IMG/VR virus record: IMGVR_UViG_3300027956_000004
Location: 1 to 34,017 of that record
DNA length: 34,017 nucleotides
Source: a virus
Taxonomy: Duplodnaviria > Caudoviricetes
Direction: 5' to 3' (one strand)
A program made the position numbers and the translations under genes. Numbering within the stretch: the stretch's first letter is position 1; every line of letters starts with the position of its first letter. The notes below the pieces were generated by a model. It had not been told where the DNA came from. It worked only from the letters and a program-made list of their open reading frames with translations, and did no database searches. This document shows positions 8,372-17,767 of the stretch, piece by piece.

Positions 8372-10365
8372 GGCAGTAGCTTGTTGGATCTTAGTTCGAA
8401 TTGCGCATTCTTGCGCATCACTGATTCAATGTTAATTGCTTTGATGTAGGTCGGAGAAACCGCAAGGATATCATCTTGCCGCCCCAATAAGATTGGCTTT
8501 GATGTCTCGCTTGTGATGGCGTTTATCTCTGCCATCGTGAGCGGCCTGTTAAACTTGTACAAGTAGGCTTGCACATCGTTGATGTCAACTGGCTCCAATG
8601 TAGTTGGCGCAAGTGGTTGGCCAGAGCCTGAGAACTCAGTGCGATAAACCGTGCCGCTTGGAATGTCAGTCCATTGGAACAATACACACTGACTTGCAAT
8701 GGGCCCAGGAGTGACAATCTTCACCGATGCATCCGTGCGCACCAAGTCACCGGCATTGCATACAATCGTTGCCGTCACAGTGAGCTCGCTGAAATTGATT
8801 GCAAGCGATGTGATTTGCGGCCCATCGATAGTCTGTATCTCTGCATCCGCTGCATCATAGTGCTTAATACTTGCAAAGCCAATCTTGTTGCCTGTCACAA
8901 GTGTCAAGCCATCAAGTTGAATCTTCGCATTGAATGTGTAGATGCCTGTGAATGGCACCACATAAGTAGAGCCACTGAAGTTGTTGCCAGCATCTGTAAT
9001 CTCGTTTGGATAATTCAAGAAAGTTGCAGAAGCAACGGCATAAGAATAAAACTGGTCATCATCGACATTCCAGCACTGCGTGTCAACTGTTGCCCTTGCT
9101 AAGAATACAGTTGTTGCCGGATTGAATGGCTGAAGGAATGACTCAAGGCTATTCGGGAAACCACTCAGCCAATTGGCGGAAACAAACTCATTTGTGAACG
9201 GCCCATTGTAAATCTGATTGCCGATGCCATAAGGATCGAACTGGCGAGCTCTTGTAGTACCAGCACCAAATGTGCCTGTCCAATTCGTCATGAGCACAAC
9301 GCCATTGGTATCATAGCCAGTGTTGTTGAATACCACAACATCCTGAATAACATTGGTATCAAAGACAATCTCCGATGTCTTGAGCTGCAAGATATTGCTT
9401 GTGTTGCACTCACCAATGAAGCCGAACTTCTCATCTCTGAAGCCTCTGAATGGCGTTTGAACAAACTCGCAAGGTGTGTCACCATTATCGCATTGGCCAG
9501 CCTCCAGCACCAAGTCATTGCCAAACTGAGCAGCCTGATAGAGCCGCTTCGTGTCAAATTTCATTTCGATGTCTGGCTGATCAATCAAGGTTGCAGAAGC
9601 AACCGATTGCTGGAAGTATGCAATTGGCTCGATGCGCAGCAGTGGCCTGCCATTGCCTTGATTCTCGATGCCAAGGCCAAGATTTAACTTCAGCCTTAAA
9701 GCGTTGTAAAGATTCTCGAATGAGGCAATCACCTCAACATCTTGCTTGATCCTTAATGACTCACCGCTGGTGTAGAACAGCACATTGCTTTGCGGATAGC
9801 TTGCAGCAAAGTAGTTCGAATCAAAGTCAATCAGGCCATCGCTCATGCAAGCAACTAAGTGCTTGAATACATCATACACCGTGTAGCCATAAGCCGGATC
9901 AGTGTAGTAGTTTACATTGGGATTGAAAACATAAATCGCAACCTTTGTCGGAGGCGTGATTGTTGCGCCATTCTTTGACAATGTGAGGTCCATCGAGAAT
10001 GGAATCGCCTTGTTGTTGTTGATCTTGGTGCTGAAGCTTTCATCATATATCTTCGTCTTAACCTCGCAGCGGTCCAACAGGAATGCCGATTCGGTTGCAA
10101 TGATGTACCCATTGACCAAGCCCTGCCAGGTACCAGCGGCACACAAGTATTGCACATTCACTTTCACCAGTTCGCAGTAGCCCGAACTTGCGAGCTTGCT
10201 GTATAGGTAGGTGAAGACATCGCCCCCAAAGATTAGTTCTGCATCATAGGAAACTATGCGAGCTCCGATGCTGTCGTCTTCATTTATCGTGATGCCAAAG
10301 CTCTCCGGATTCAATGGCTGGCCTCGGTCGATGCCATCAATCAAGAATCTTAATTCTGCTGCCAT
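8368..10365 (-). CDS. Tail tip/hub protein with a C1q-like C-terminal region
   Basis: 665 aa after the tape measure; DAGNNFSGSTYVVPFTGIYTF resembles C1q-type strands. Confidence 0.65.
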   Translation of the reverse strand: MAAELRFLIDGIDRGQPLNPESFGITINEDDSIGARIVSYDAELIFGGDVFTYLYSKLASSGYCELVKVNVQYLCAAGTWQGLVNGYIIATESAFLLDRCEVKTKIYDESFSTKINNNKAIPFSMDLTLSKNGATITPPTKVAIYVFNPNVNYYTDPAYGYTVYDVFKHLVACMSDGLIDFDSNYFAASYPQSNVLFYTSGESLRIKQDVEVIASFENLYNALRLKLNLGLGIENQGNGRPLLRIEPIAYFQQSVASATLIDQPDIEMKFDTKRLYQAAQFGNDLVLEAGQCDNGDTPCEFVQTPFRGFRDEKFGFIGECNTSNILQLKTSEIVFDTNVIQDVVVFNNTGYDTNGVVLMTNWTGTFGAGTTRARQFDPYGIGNQIYNGPFTNEFVSANWLSGFPNSLESFLQPFNPATTVFLARATVDTQCWNVDDDQFYSYAVASATFLNYPNEITDAGNNFSGSTYVVPFTGIYTFNAKIQLDGLTLVTGNKIGFASIKHYDAADAEIQTIDGPQITSLAINFSELTVTATIVCNAGDLVRTDASVKIVTPGPIASQCVLFQWTDIPSGTVYRTEFSGSGQPLAPTTLEPVDINDVQAYLYKFNRPLTMAEINAITSETSKPILLGRQDDILAVSPTYIKAINIESVMRKNAQFELRSNKLLP

Positions 10366-12887
10366 GAGTATCGGGAATCGCTGCCGTTAATGTTTACGAT
10401 CATTTGCTTGCCTGCCATTGTCTTGTTCAGCTTGTCTAACTTCCGTTCCATGCTTTTGCTGTTGAGCGATGCATTCACTGTGATGCCATCGCGCTTGTTG
10501 TTCATCGCATAGCCAGCAATTGCAGGGCGCACATACTTCTCATCAATGAACTTCTTGAATGCAGCACTCGATGTGTTCATAGCATCCAATGCCTTGCGAT
10601 GCTGAGACACTGAGCTCTTGTTTACAACATACTCGCCTTTCTCTGCCTCGATCAATGTCCCTCCTGCCTCATGGCTTTTGCCGCCTACCGGACCACCCTT
10701 TTTGAACTTTGGAATCGGCTGTGCTCTGATGATGGCAATCTGTGCAAGACCTGCCGCAAGTTGAATTGCTGCCAATACTGGATTGCCTGCACTTGCTACG
10801 CTTTGGGCAGTCCCAATGATTGCGTTGAATAAGGCGAGTGCCTTAGCTGCCTCAGCTTGCTTTGTCTTTTCCGCTGCAATCTTTTGATTGGTCCTTAATT
10901 GCAACGCATCAAGCTGCCTCTGCTTGTTTACTTCGCTTGCTGTGCTCTGCTCAATGGCTAACTTCTCAGCATCTGATGTGGCTGTAATCTGGTCAATGCG
11001 GTTCTGAGATTGAATACTTTGCAGTTCTATGATTTTACTCAATGTACCAGCAACAGCATTGGCAACTTGTAAAGCATCATCGATTGCCTCATCCCTTGAC
11101 TTTTTGCGCTCATCACGAATTGCCTGTTGCGTTTCGGCCTCAATCAAAAGAATCTGATTGTCCGCTTTTAACTTGTCATCAACGGTCAAACGGATTGCAT
11201 CAATTTGCTTTTTTGATTCAAGCTCAATCAACTGGATGCGTCTTTCACTTGTGCTGCCTTCTTCCGCTTCTAATCTCTTGACCCTGTTTATCTGGCCATC
11301 AAGCAACTCCTCATTTATATTTTCAAAGCTTCTTGCTATTTCTTCATCACGCTTCTTTTTTTCCTCCGCAAGCTTCTTAAGTTCTTCCTGATACTCTTTT
11401 TCAAGTTGTAGTCTGATACTATTACTGAACTCAATGTTTTGCTCATCAAGTTTAGCAATCGATTCATTGCTTGCCTTTTTAATTTCTAATTCTAATTGAG
11501 CACGTTCTTTTGCTTGTTCTAATGCTTTTTGAGTTGCTTCACGTTCGGCTTCGTTTCTAATTACGATAATTCTTGCGCTGGCATCAAATACCGCTTTGAC
11601 AGCCTCATCGTTTACCTCTTTTGCTTTTGCCTTTTCTTCATCGCTCAACTGGCTTAAGGTGCCAGCCTTTTTAACATAGTCCGCTATAATTGCACGGTTT
11701 GCATTTATCACAGCTTGCTCGCGTTGTATCTCAAGGGCAACCGTTGAACGGCCTGCCGATTTTTCAATATCGATTTGGCGTTCTATTCTTTCAACCGTTG
11801 CATCAGATGCTGCACGTTGTTTCTTTGCAGCAGCATCAAAAGCACTCGCAGCTCTGTCGGCTTCTTCGGATGCGCCTATCCATTCTTTGATTGTATCAAC
11901 TACACCGCCAATTGCGTTGCTTACCTGTTTGAATCCCGGTATTGAATTCTCCAGGGCTTTCTTCACCTTGTCGAAGTTCTCAACTAAGGCCACAAGGCCG
12001 AAGACAAACAACCCGATTCCTGTGGCAGCAAGTGCAATCCTTAAGCCTTTTAGCAATCCAGTGGATGTGCCAACGATAACATTGTAAGCAGATTGAACTG
12101 CACCAGCAACCCCAGTCTTAGCTGCAAGCTGCTCAAGTATTAAAACTCGGGCTTGTTCAATCCCTGATGTGATTGCTGTAATTGCCTGTAGCCTTACAAG
12201 CGTTTTCTGAAGGTCTTCGTTCTCTTGGCCAATCAATGCCTGAGCACCTTCCAAAGCTTGGAATGCACTGCCAACAAGTTCGACATTCTGCACAAAGCCC
12301 TTAAACCTTGCGCCACGTTGCGCAAGTGCATCGACTTGTGCATCGGTTTCAATTACAGCACGGCGAACCGTTGCAACCTCTTTTACTAAGTCTTTAAACT
12401 CTTTGGTATTGCTTTTGCCAGCAAGTGCTAAGTCGTATAGCTTATCTTCAAGCTCTCCGATTCGTCCAGTAGCGGCATCGGTAGACTTGGCGTATAAGTC
12501 AACAGCACGGTCTGCGGCAATGATGGCAGACTTGTATTCTCCGACTGCCTTGGCAATGTCTTTGAACTCGTCTGTGTTGCGCTGGCCTGCAACCGATAAT
12601 TCACGAAGCCTGTCTTCAAACTTAGATACATCTTGCGCTGATTTAACTACAACAGCTGAGGTCTGCTTAAGTTCTTTGTTTAGGTTATCAAGCCCGGTCT
12701 TAATCTTCTGATTTGCGAAAGCATTGGCAATGTTATTGCCAGCCTCTTTAAAGCTGTCACTTACCTTTTGCGCAGACACTTGCGCATCTTTTACAACTTC
12801 GCTGTTCGCCTTGTTTACTTCGTTGACTGTTGCCTTCAGGCTCGTTGCCTCGGCTTCATAGATAATCTCAACCTTTGCTGCTGCCAT
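10350..12887 (-). CDS. Tail tape measure protein
   Basis: 845 aa Ala/Glu/Lys-rich helical protein with hydrophobic segments and C-terminal FKKGGPVGGKSHEAGG..EAEKGEYVVN. Confidence 0.9.
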   Translation of the reverse strand: MAAAKVEIIYEAEATSLKATVNEVNKANSEVVKDAQVSAQKVSDSFKEAGNNIANAFANQKIKTGLDNLNKELKQTSAVVVKSAQDVSKFEDRLRELSVAGQRNTDEFKDIAKAVGEYKSAIIAADRAVDLYAKSTDAATGRIGELEDKLYDLALAGKSNTKEFKDLVKEVATVRRAVIETDAQVDALAQRGARFKGFVQNVELVGSAFQALEGAQALIGQENEDLQKTLVRLQAITAITSGIEQARVLILEQLAAKTGVAGAVQSAYNVIVGTSTGLLKGLRIALAATGIGLFVFGLVALVENFDKVKKALENSIPGFKQVSNAIGGVVDTIKEWIGASEEADRAASAFDAAAKKQRAASDATVERIERQIDIEKSAGRSTVALEIQREQAVINANRAIIADYVKKAGTLSQLSDEEKAKAKEVNDEAVKAVFDASARIIVIRNEAEREATQKALEQAKERAQLELEIKKASNESIAKLDEQNIEFSNSIRLQLEKEYQEELKKLAEEKKKRDEEIARSFENINEELLDGQINRVKRLEAEEGSTSERRIQLIELESKKQIDAIRLTVDDKLKADNQILLIEAETQQAIRDERKKSRDEAIDDALQVANAVAGTLSKIIELQSIQSQNRIDQITATSDAEKLAIEQSTASEVNKQRQLDALQLRTNQKIAAEKTKQAEAAKALALFNAIIGTAQSVASAGNPVLAAIQLAAGLAQIAIIRAQPIPKFKKGGPVGGKSHEAGGTLIEAEKGEYVVNKSSVSQHRKALDAMNTSSAAFKKFIDEKYVRPAIAGYAMNNKRDGITVNASLNSKSMERKLDKLNKTMAGKQMIVNINGSDSRYSWQQN

Positions 12888-13170
12888 TTTGAGCCTTTAT
12901 TGCTGCCTCAAATTTAAGCAAATAAGTTGAAACATCGGAACTCATTAACTCATTGAACTCAGAGATGCTTCCACCAGCCAAGCTCATCACTTGCTCGCGG
13001 AAGCGGTCGGCTGTTCTCTTAGCCCTGCTTTGCGGTGAGAAGTCAGCTGGCGTAACGCCTCGTTGAGCTTGCGAAGTTCGACCGTGTTGTACTCCCAGAG
13101 CGTTTGAAATTCGTTCGCTGAAATATTGAATAAGGGCATCAGCGGCTCGATACCCAAGCTGTAAAAAAAA
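12868..13170 (-). CDS. -1 frame 'T' extension of the tail assembly chaperone (or a separate 39-aa ORF at 12868-12987)
   Basis: The -1 frame is open from GAT TTT TTT TAC (13163-13170) to TGA at 12868. Confidence 0.55.
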   Translation of the reverse strand, partial: FFLQLGYRAADALIQYFSERISNALGVQHGRTSQAQRGVTPADFSPQSRAKRTADRFREQVMSLAGGSISEFNELMSSDVSTYLLKFEAAIKAQNGSSKG

Positions 13171-13628
13171 TCGTGAGCCGCCCCCTTGCTCAACTCTTCG
13201 AATAAGGTTAGCTTCTGCTGATGCACATCGGGATTCACCACAGCAGGATTCTCATCTTCGCGGATTATCCAAGTTGCTGCGATGTTTAGCAGTAGATCGC
13301 GATGGATTACTGTGTTCTGCCTTTCGCGGATAACATGGATGTAAGCACCCATCAATGCCGCTGTCTTTGGGTTGGATAGACCGGCAGCAAGTGCCTTCTC
13401 CATCTCATTCAGAATCTTGTCCATCTCGCTGCCTGATAGTCCAGAGCTCAATCGCTCCAGCAGTGTCATGCTCATGGCAAATCTTTCAAGTGGCATGTTC
13501 AATTCCTTGGGGAACCGGTAGTACCTATGGCCGCCGTGCTTGAATACCTCAACTAAGTTGTAAGTTGTTTTTTTACTGCGTGATAAACGTGATCGCAGTT
13601 GCTCGTTTAATCTTTTGAATAATTTCAT
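12987..13628 (-). CDS. Probable tail assembly chaperone (G-like)
   Basis: Directly upstream of the tape measure; contains a T TTT TTT slippery site. Confidence 0.6.
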   Translation of the reverse strand: MKLFKRLNEQLRSRLSRSKKTTYNLVEVFKHGGHRYYRFPKELNMPLERFAMSMTLLERLSSGLSGSEMDKILNEMEKALAAGLSNPKTAALMGAYIHVIRERQNTVIHRDLLLNIAATWIIREDENPAVVNPDVHQQKLTLFEELSKGAAHDFFYSLGIEPLMPLFNISANEFQTLWEYNTVELRKLNEALRQLTSHRKAGLREQPTASASK

Positions 13629-13827
13629 CCAGTGATTGCTTTACTGTTATTTCCCTTTCGCTACTCATCAACATAATTACGCAGTTCTTGCTTTCGGTAT
13701 CTTCATAGATCAGGCTGATGTCTGATGTGCTGATGATGCCATCCATCCACTCCTCATCCTTGTTGAGCAGCTCATCAACCTCATCAGTTGCCTTTAAGAT
13801 ATCGAGCAAGATGAAGCCTGTAAGCAT
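13573..13827 (-). CDS. Hypothetical protein
   Basis: Co-oriented; probable start at 13827 (MLTGF) just after the upstream stop. Confidence 0.6.
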   Translation of the reverse strand: MLTGFILLDILKATDEVDELLNKDEEWMDGIISTSDISLIYEDTESKNCVIMLMSSEREITVKQSLDEIIQKIKRATAITFITQ

Positions 13828-13828
13828 G

Positions 13829-14047
13829 TCACCAACGTAACAAAGGGCACGACTCATCAACAACTCTGGTCTTGGCTGGAAGGAAGCATCCGCACTCGCG
13901 GCAAGTATCGGTCAGCTTGATTCGGTATGGACACTCCTTGCAGATGGCCATGCGAGGCTTTGCCACCTCACGGCTTTCCTTAGTGTCAAACGCCCACAAC
14001 GCCCAGCCGTGTGCGATGCTCTTAATCTTGTTTAGCAGCTTACGCAT
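13829..14047 (-). CDS. Cys-rich small protein (DUF6171-like)
   Basis: RMAICKEC...CRECGC..K...CPLLRW pattern. Confidence 0.75.
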   Translation of the reverse strand: MRKLLNKIKSIAHGWALWAFDTKESREVAKPRMAICKECPYRIKLTDTCRECGCFLPAKTRVVDESCPLLRW

Positions 14048-14370
14048 TCGAGTAGGTTTATGACTTCGGGTTCCTCATCAGTATTCACCACGCTGAAAGA
14101 TATGCAGTCGTACTCAACCTCGCAGATGGTGAACTTCTCGCAATTCTTCAAGCCGATGGTGTAGCCCTGCAATGCGTCAATCTTTGCGCCAATGATTGTC
14201 AAGATGCCATCCACATCCGACTCGGCCACAAAGCTCTGCACCTTCTTGGTTGCATTGTGCGTTATGGTCACACTGTACTCAGTCTCTGGTGAGACAACGC
14301 CAAAGCTAATGCCAGCATTGCAAGCTGCCACGCTGATGCCGGAATCAAAGCAAGGAGAACAAACGCTCAT
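14032..14370 (-). CDS. Cys-rich hypothetical protein
   Basis: ATGA overlap with the TerL stop; several Cys. Confidence 0.7.
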   Translation of the reverse strand: MSVCSPCFDSGISVAACNAGISFGVVSPETEYSVTITHNATKKVQSFVAESDVDGILTIIGAKIDALQGYTIGLKNCEKFTICEVEYDCISFSVVNTDEEPEVINLLECVSC

Positions 14371-15644
14371 AGGTATCGCTTAAGTATTGCGTTTACAAAG
14401 TAACGGAAACAATCGAGAAAGTCAGCACGCTCACTCAAGTTTTTTCTGTTGCTCTTGATAATGCTGCCATTGGCATCGCACTGCACTTGCTTCGCATCAA
14501 ACACGAAGCCCTTGCACCGCTTGCTGTTGGCCCTGATGTCGAGCTTGCGCAGCGCAGCATTGCAATCGATGCGGCTGTTGTAGTGCGTTGGATTGGCTGG
14601 AATCAAGAATTGGCTATCGCTCATGCCGAGCCTCCGCTTGATCTGCGTGTAAGCACTGGAGTTGTCACGCTGCTGCACTGTGCCTCCCTTGCCCATCGCA
14701 TCGCCAGTGATCCTGATGAGGCCCATCGGCACACCAAGCGCAAGCACCGCATCGCAGAACGCATCCACGCTGCCCTTGTCAATCTTGATCTCGTCAACAA
14801 TCACTGCGCCCCTGCCAACCTGCTGGATGACCAAAGCACAAAGCGGATTGATGTTGAAGTCAACGCTGATGTGCACCGGCATGTTGCTGTTCAGCTGCAC
14901 GCTGTCATCGATGTGCTTGGTGTCATCCCACTCGTACAAGAATGGATTGGCCACATCATCCATGACATCCCAATCGCCCTCAACAAATCGTGCGTACTGC
15001 ACAGGCGGCAGCTCGCGAAGCGACTCCAAGTATTCGGCAGGGATGTATGGGTTGTCAGTGATCTTGGAAGGGATGAAGCTCCAGCGGTCTGGCAGCGTGC
15101 CATCCTTGTACCGCTCGTAAATGATTGACTTCACCCAGTTGTTGGCTGGGTTGCAAGTGGCAAGGCAAACAATCGGCGGCTTGCCATGCGCCTTGTTCCA
15201 ACTGCCGATGCGCTCCTGCACCTTATAGAAGGTAGGCTCTTGCAGCTCGTTCACCTCATCCAATCCAGCACCGTTGATCTCCAAACCGCGGAAGCGGTTG
15301 AGATCCTTGTCTTCGTCAAAGCTCTCAGCCATGAAGATCAGCTCGCTGCCGTTGTTGAATGTCACAACATTCGTGTCCCTGTTCCAACTTCTGATGTGTG
15401 CATTCAGCCCATCGGATAGCAATCCCGTGAAGCTTGGGAAGGTTGTGCGCTTAAGATCAGGCAGGCTCTTGCGGATGATCACCCATCGGCTCCCTGCATA
15501 GTGCAATGCCAGATGGCTGATGGTAAGCAGCAGCCAGTAAGTTTTGCCACCTCGAATCGCGCCCCCAAAAACGATGACACGCTTATCGCCGCTTATCGCT
15601 TGGTCAAATGCAACTGTTTGTGTTTCGGTTAGCCGGTAGCTCAT
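14367..15644 (-). CDS. terL: Terminase large subunit
   Basis: GGAIRGGKT Walker A, LDEVNE Walker B, TCNP, VDFN and D..DCFRY nuclease motifs. Confidence 0.95.
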   Translation of the reverse strand: MSYRLTETQTVAFDQAISGDKRVIVFGGAIRGGKTYWLLLTISHLALHYAGSRWVIIRKSLPDLKRTTFPSFTGLLSDGLNAHIRSWNRDTNVVTFNNGSELIFMAESFDEDKDLNRFRGLEINGAGLDEVNELQEPTFYKVQERIGSWNKAHGKPPIVCLATCNPANNWVKSIIYERYKDGTLPDRWSFIPSKITDNPYIPAEYLESLRELPPVQYARFVEGDWDVMDDVANPFLYEWDDTKHIDDSVQLNSNMPVHISVDFNINPLCALVIQQVGRGAVIVDEIKIDKGSVDAFCDAVLALGVPMGLIRITGDAMGKGGTVQQRDNSSAYTQIKRRLGMSDSQFLIPANPTHYNSRIDCNAALRKLDIRANSKRCKGFVFDAKQVQCDANGSIIKSNRKNLSERADFLDCFRYFVNAILKRYL

Positions 15645-15949
15645 TCACTCTTTGGCTCCGTGCGAATGATCACTAAGGGCTCAGTGCTTGTGATGTTGGT
15701 GTCTGTGGTTTGCTTCGGCTTGCCGTAGCCGCGATCGAGCAACATCTCTGCCGCCTTTATATCGCCACGCAATGCCTTGGCCTCAATCGCCTTAAGGATG
15801 CGCTCCGCTGTGCTCAATCCGTTCTTCTCATCACCTAAGATATCAGCCATTAGCTTGCTGAGTTCTGGCAGCTTACGCGGTCTCCCATTAGGGTTGCCTG
15901 TTTGCCCTTTCTTGAACTTATGCGGCTCTATGTTTTCCGGCTTTGGCAT
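15641..15949 (-). CDS. terS: Probable terminase small subunit (DUF5681-like N-terminus)
   Basis: FKKGQTGNPNGRP and LLDRGYGKP motifs; overlaps the TerL start. Confidence 0.8.
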   Translation of the reverse strand: MPKPENIEPHKFKKGQTGNPNGRPRKLPELSKLMADILGDEKNGLSTAERILKAIEAKALRGDIKAAEMLLDRGYGKPKQTTDTNITSTEPLVIIRTEPKSE

Positions 15950-15966
15950 CGCTGTTTTTTCGTTGT

Positions 15967-16107
15967 TTACCTTGCGCGCTTTGATCTATACTTCTCAGCC
16001 TCTGCCAGTGCGATTGCAGCAGCTTGCTGAGGTGAATATCCTTCGCCAATTAGCTTGCGGATGTTCATGCTGATGACGGTTTGGCTATCGCCTTGGAATA
16101 GTGGCAT
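15967..16107 (-). CDS. 46-aa small phage protein (not in the ORF track)
   Basis: MPLFQGDSQTVISMNIRKLIGEGYSPQQAAAIALAEAEKYRSKRAR; ATG lies 4 nt after TAATTTTG. Confidence 0.75.
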   Translation of the reverse strand: MPLFQGDSQTVISMNIRKLIGEGYSPQQAAAIALAEAEKYRSKRAR

Positions 16108-16111
16108 ATTA

Positions 16112-16119
16112 CAAAATTA
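16112..16119 (-). promoter_or_regulatory. -7 box TAATTTTG heading the terminase/tail genes
   Basis: TAnnTTTG overlapping the stop of 16117-16530. Confidence 0.55.
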
Positions 16120-16530
16120 GTTTAAATTTAGTAATCTCTCAAATATTTCGCCCTCATGGTCGATGTTTACTGCATGACCTCTGAAGACAATGTCTTTATA
16201 CTGCGAGTGATAAATAAACATGTCGTGAAGCTTGCCTTCAATGAATCCCTTAAAAGTAAAGCCCTCAACGCCGTTCTTATCTTCAGTGGATATCAGAACG
16301 CCGAATCTGTAATCGATGCCGGCATGCTTATCGAGGACCAGCTTATTGATCTTCGAGAACTTGTGGATCTCATCGATGTTGATGGCGATGGCGATGTCAT
16401 ACTCAAGGCCAGGGTGTGTTAGGTATCCAAAGAAGCAATGGTCTTGCATGTACTTCGAATCGACAAACACGCCAGCTCTGAGCCGGCGCGTTGTCTGCAT
16501 AGAATTAAAATCCGTCATCTTTCTTGGCAT
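16117..16530 (-). CDS. Hypothetical protein
   Basis: 137-aa co-oriented ORF in tight packing. Confidence 0.65.
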   Translation of the reverse strand: MPRKMTDFNSMQTTRRLRAGVFVDSKYMQDHCFFGYLTHPGLEYDIAIAINIDEIHKFSKINKLVLDKHAGIDYRFGVLISTEDKNGVEGFTFKGFIEGKLHDMFIYHSQYKDIVFRGHAVNIDHEGEIFERLLNLN

Positions 16531-16675
16531 GATAGCGTTCGCAATCTAAGTCAATCGAATCCTTTTCGTAGCATTCATCATGCTCTTGATTATCATCATT
16601 GTTGTTTGATTTCAAAAATTCAAACTCTCTTAGGAGCCTTTCTGAGATTTGGTTAATTTCTTGAAGTGTCATCAT
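16505..16675 (-). CDS. Hypothetical acidic protein
   Basis: Probable start at MMTLQ after an A-rich leader. Confidence 0.5.
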   Translation of the reverse strand: MMTLQEINQISERLLREFEFLKSNNNDDNQEHDECYEKDSIDLDCERYHAKKDDGF

Positions 16676-16719
16676 GGTGTGTATGTTTTGAATGTGTATT
16701 GCATTTATCGTGCCAAAGT

Positions 16720-16914
16720 TTAACAACCGCCTTCAGGTTCATGAATCTTTTTTGGAGTCACAAGGCTGTCAAGATAACCGTTCACAAGTTTTCTTATTGC
16801 TTCCTTGCTTGAAATCGGCACTCTGAATGTGATGTTTATGGTCGGCTCGCCATACTTATGAGTGCGGCCTGCGCCTATGCGCTTGCCTCCTCTGCCTTTT
16901 TTTTGCTGTTCCAT
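16720..16914 (-). CDS. Small DNA-binding protein (ribbon-helix-helix-like)
   Basis: GRGGKRIGAGR followed by TINITFRVP plus a helix; ATG lies 5 nt after TACATTTG (16920-16927). Confidence 0.65.
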   Translation of the reverse strand: MEQQKKGRGGKRIGAGRTHKYGEPTINITFRVPISSKEAIRKLVNGYLDSLVTPKKIHEPEGGC

Positions 16915-16931
16915 CTGTGCAAATGTATTTA

Positions 16932-17168
16932 TTATTTGATTATGTTATGCAATTGTATGTTCTTTTTTTTCAGAAGCACAAGCCAATTAAATGCCTTGAG
17001 CATATAAGTACGATGAACAGGCGCATGCTTATTCGTGGCCATCAAGTACCTGGCAAGTGCTTGGTGAGCTCTTGTGGTTGAGGTGTAAGTTGTCGGCCCA
17101 TCCACAACCGTTGCCTCCTCTGGAAGCTTCTCGGTCATGTAGTGAATAATCTTTTCGTAGTTAGTCAT
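16932..17168 (-). CDS. Hypothetical protein
   Basis: Co-oriented; overlaps the VRR-NUC end. Confidence 0.6.
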   Translation of the reverse strand: MTNYEKIIHYMTEKLPEEATVVDGPTTYTSTTRAHQALARYLMATNKHAPVHRTYMLKAFNWLVLLKKKNIQLHNIIK

Positions 17169-17487
17169 GATTTATAACCTTCAAAAATTCCTCTTCCGAT
17201 CTTACGATCACATAGTCATGGCCAAGCGATAGGCAAAGCTTTTGGAATCGCTTCTGGTCCTCCGACTGCCTTCCGGTCTCGGTCTTCCATTCGATCCAGC
17301 ATGTTCTGCCTTCGGGCCTCAAAAAGCACATATCCGCAACTCCAGGCACAACTCCCATTGCTTTGTTCATTGCGCCCTTAATTCCGTTTGGGCTGTTGTT
17401 ATTGATGGCAAATATCCTTCCTCGCAAGTCGGGACGCGCATTCCAGAGGTTTGTGAATGCTTTCGATTGTGTTTTTACTTCGCTCAT
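17161..17487 (-). CDS. VRR-NUC domain nuclease
   Basis: GVVPGVADM..WIEWKTETGRQSEDQKRF. Confidence 0.9.
   Translation of the reverse strand: MSEVKTQSKAFTNLWNARPDLRGRIFAINNNSPNGIKGAMNKAMGVVPGVADMCFLRPEGRTCWIEWKTETGRQSEDQKRFQKLCLSLGHDYVIVRSEEEFLKVINHD

Positions 17488-17767
<280 letters not shown>

Noticed and set aside
12350-12620. Duplicated ED.L..L..AG..NT.EFKD segment in the tape measure
   Set aside because: Internal repeats are ordinary for tape measure proteins.
14487-15128. Long plus-strand ORFs (this one and others in the track)
   Set aside because: Antisense shadows of clear minus-strand genes with no recognisable motifs.
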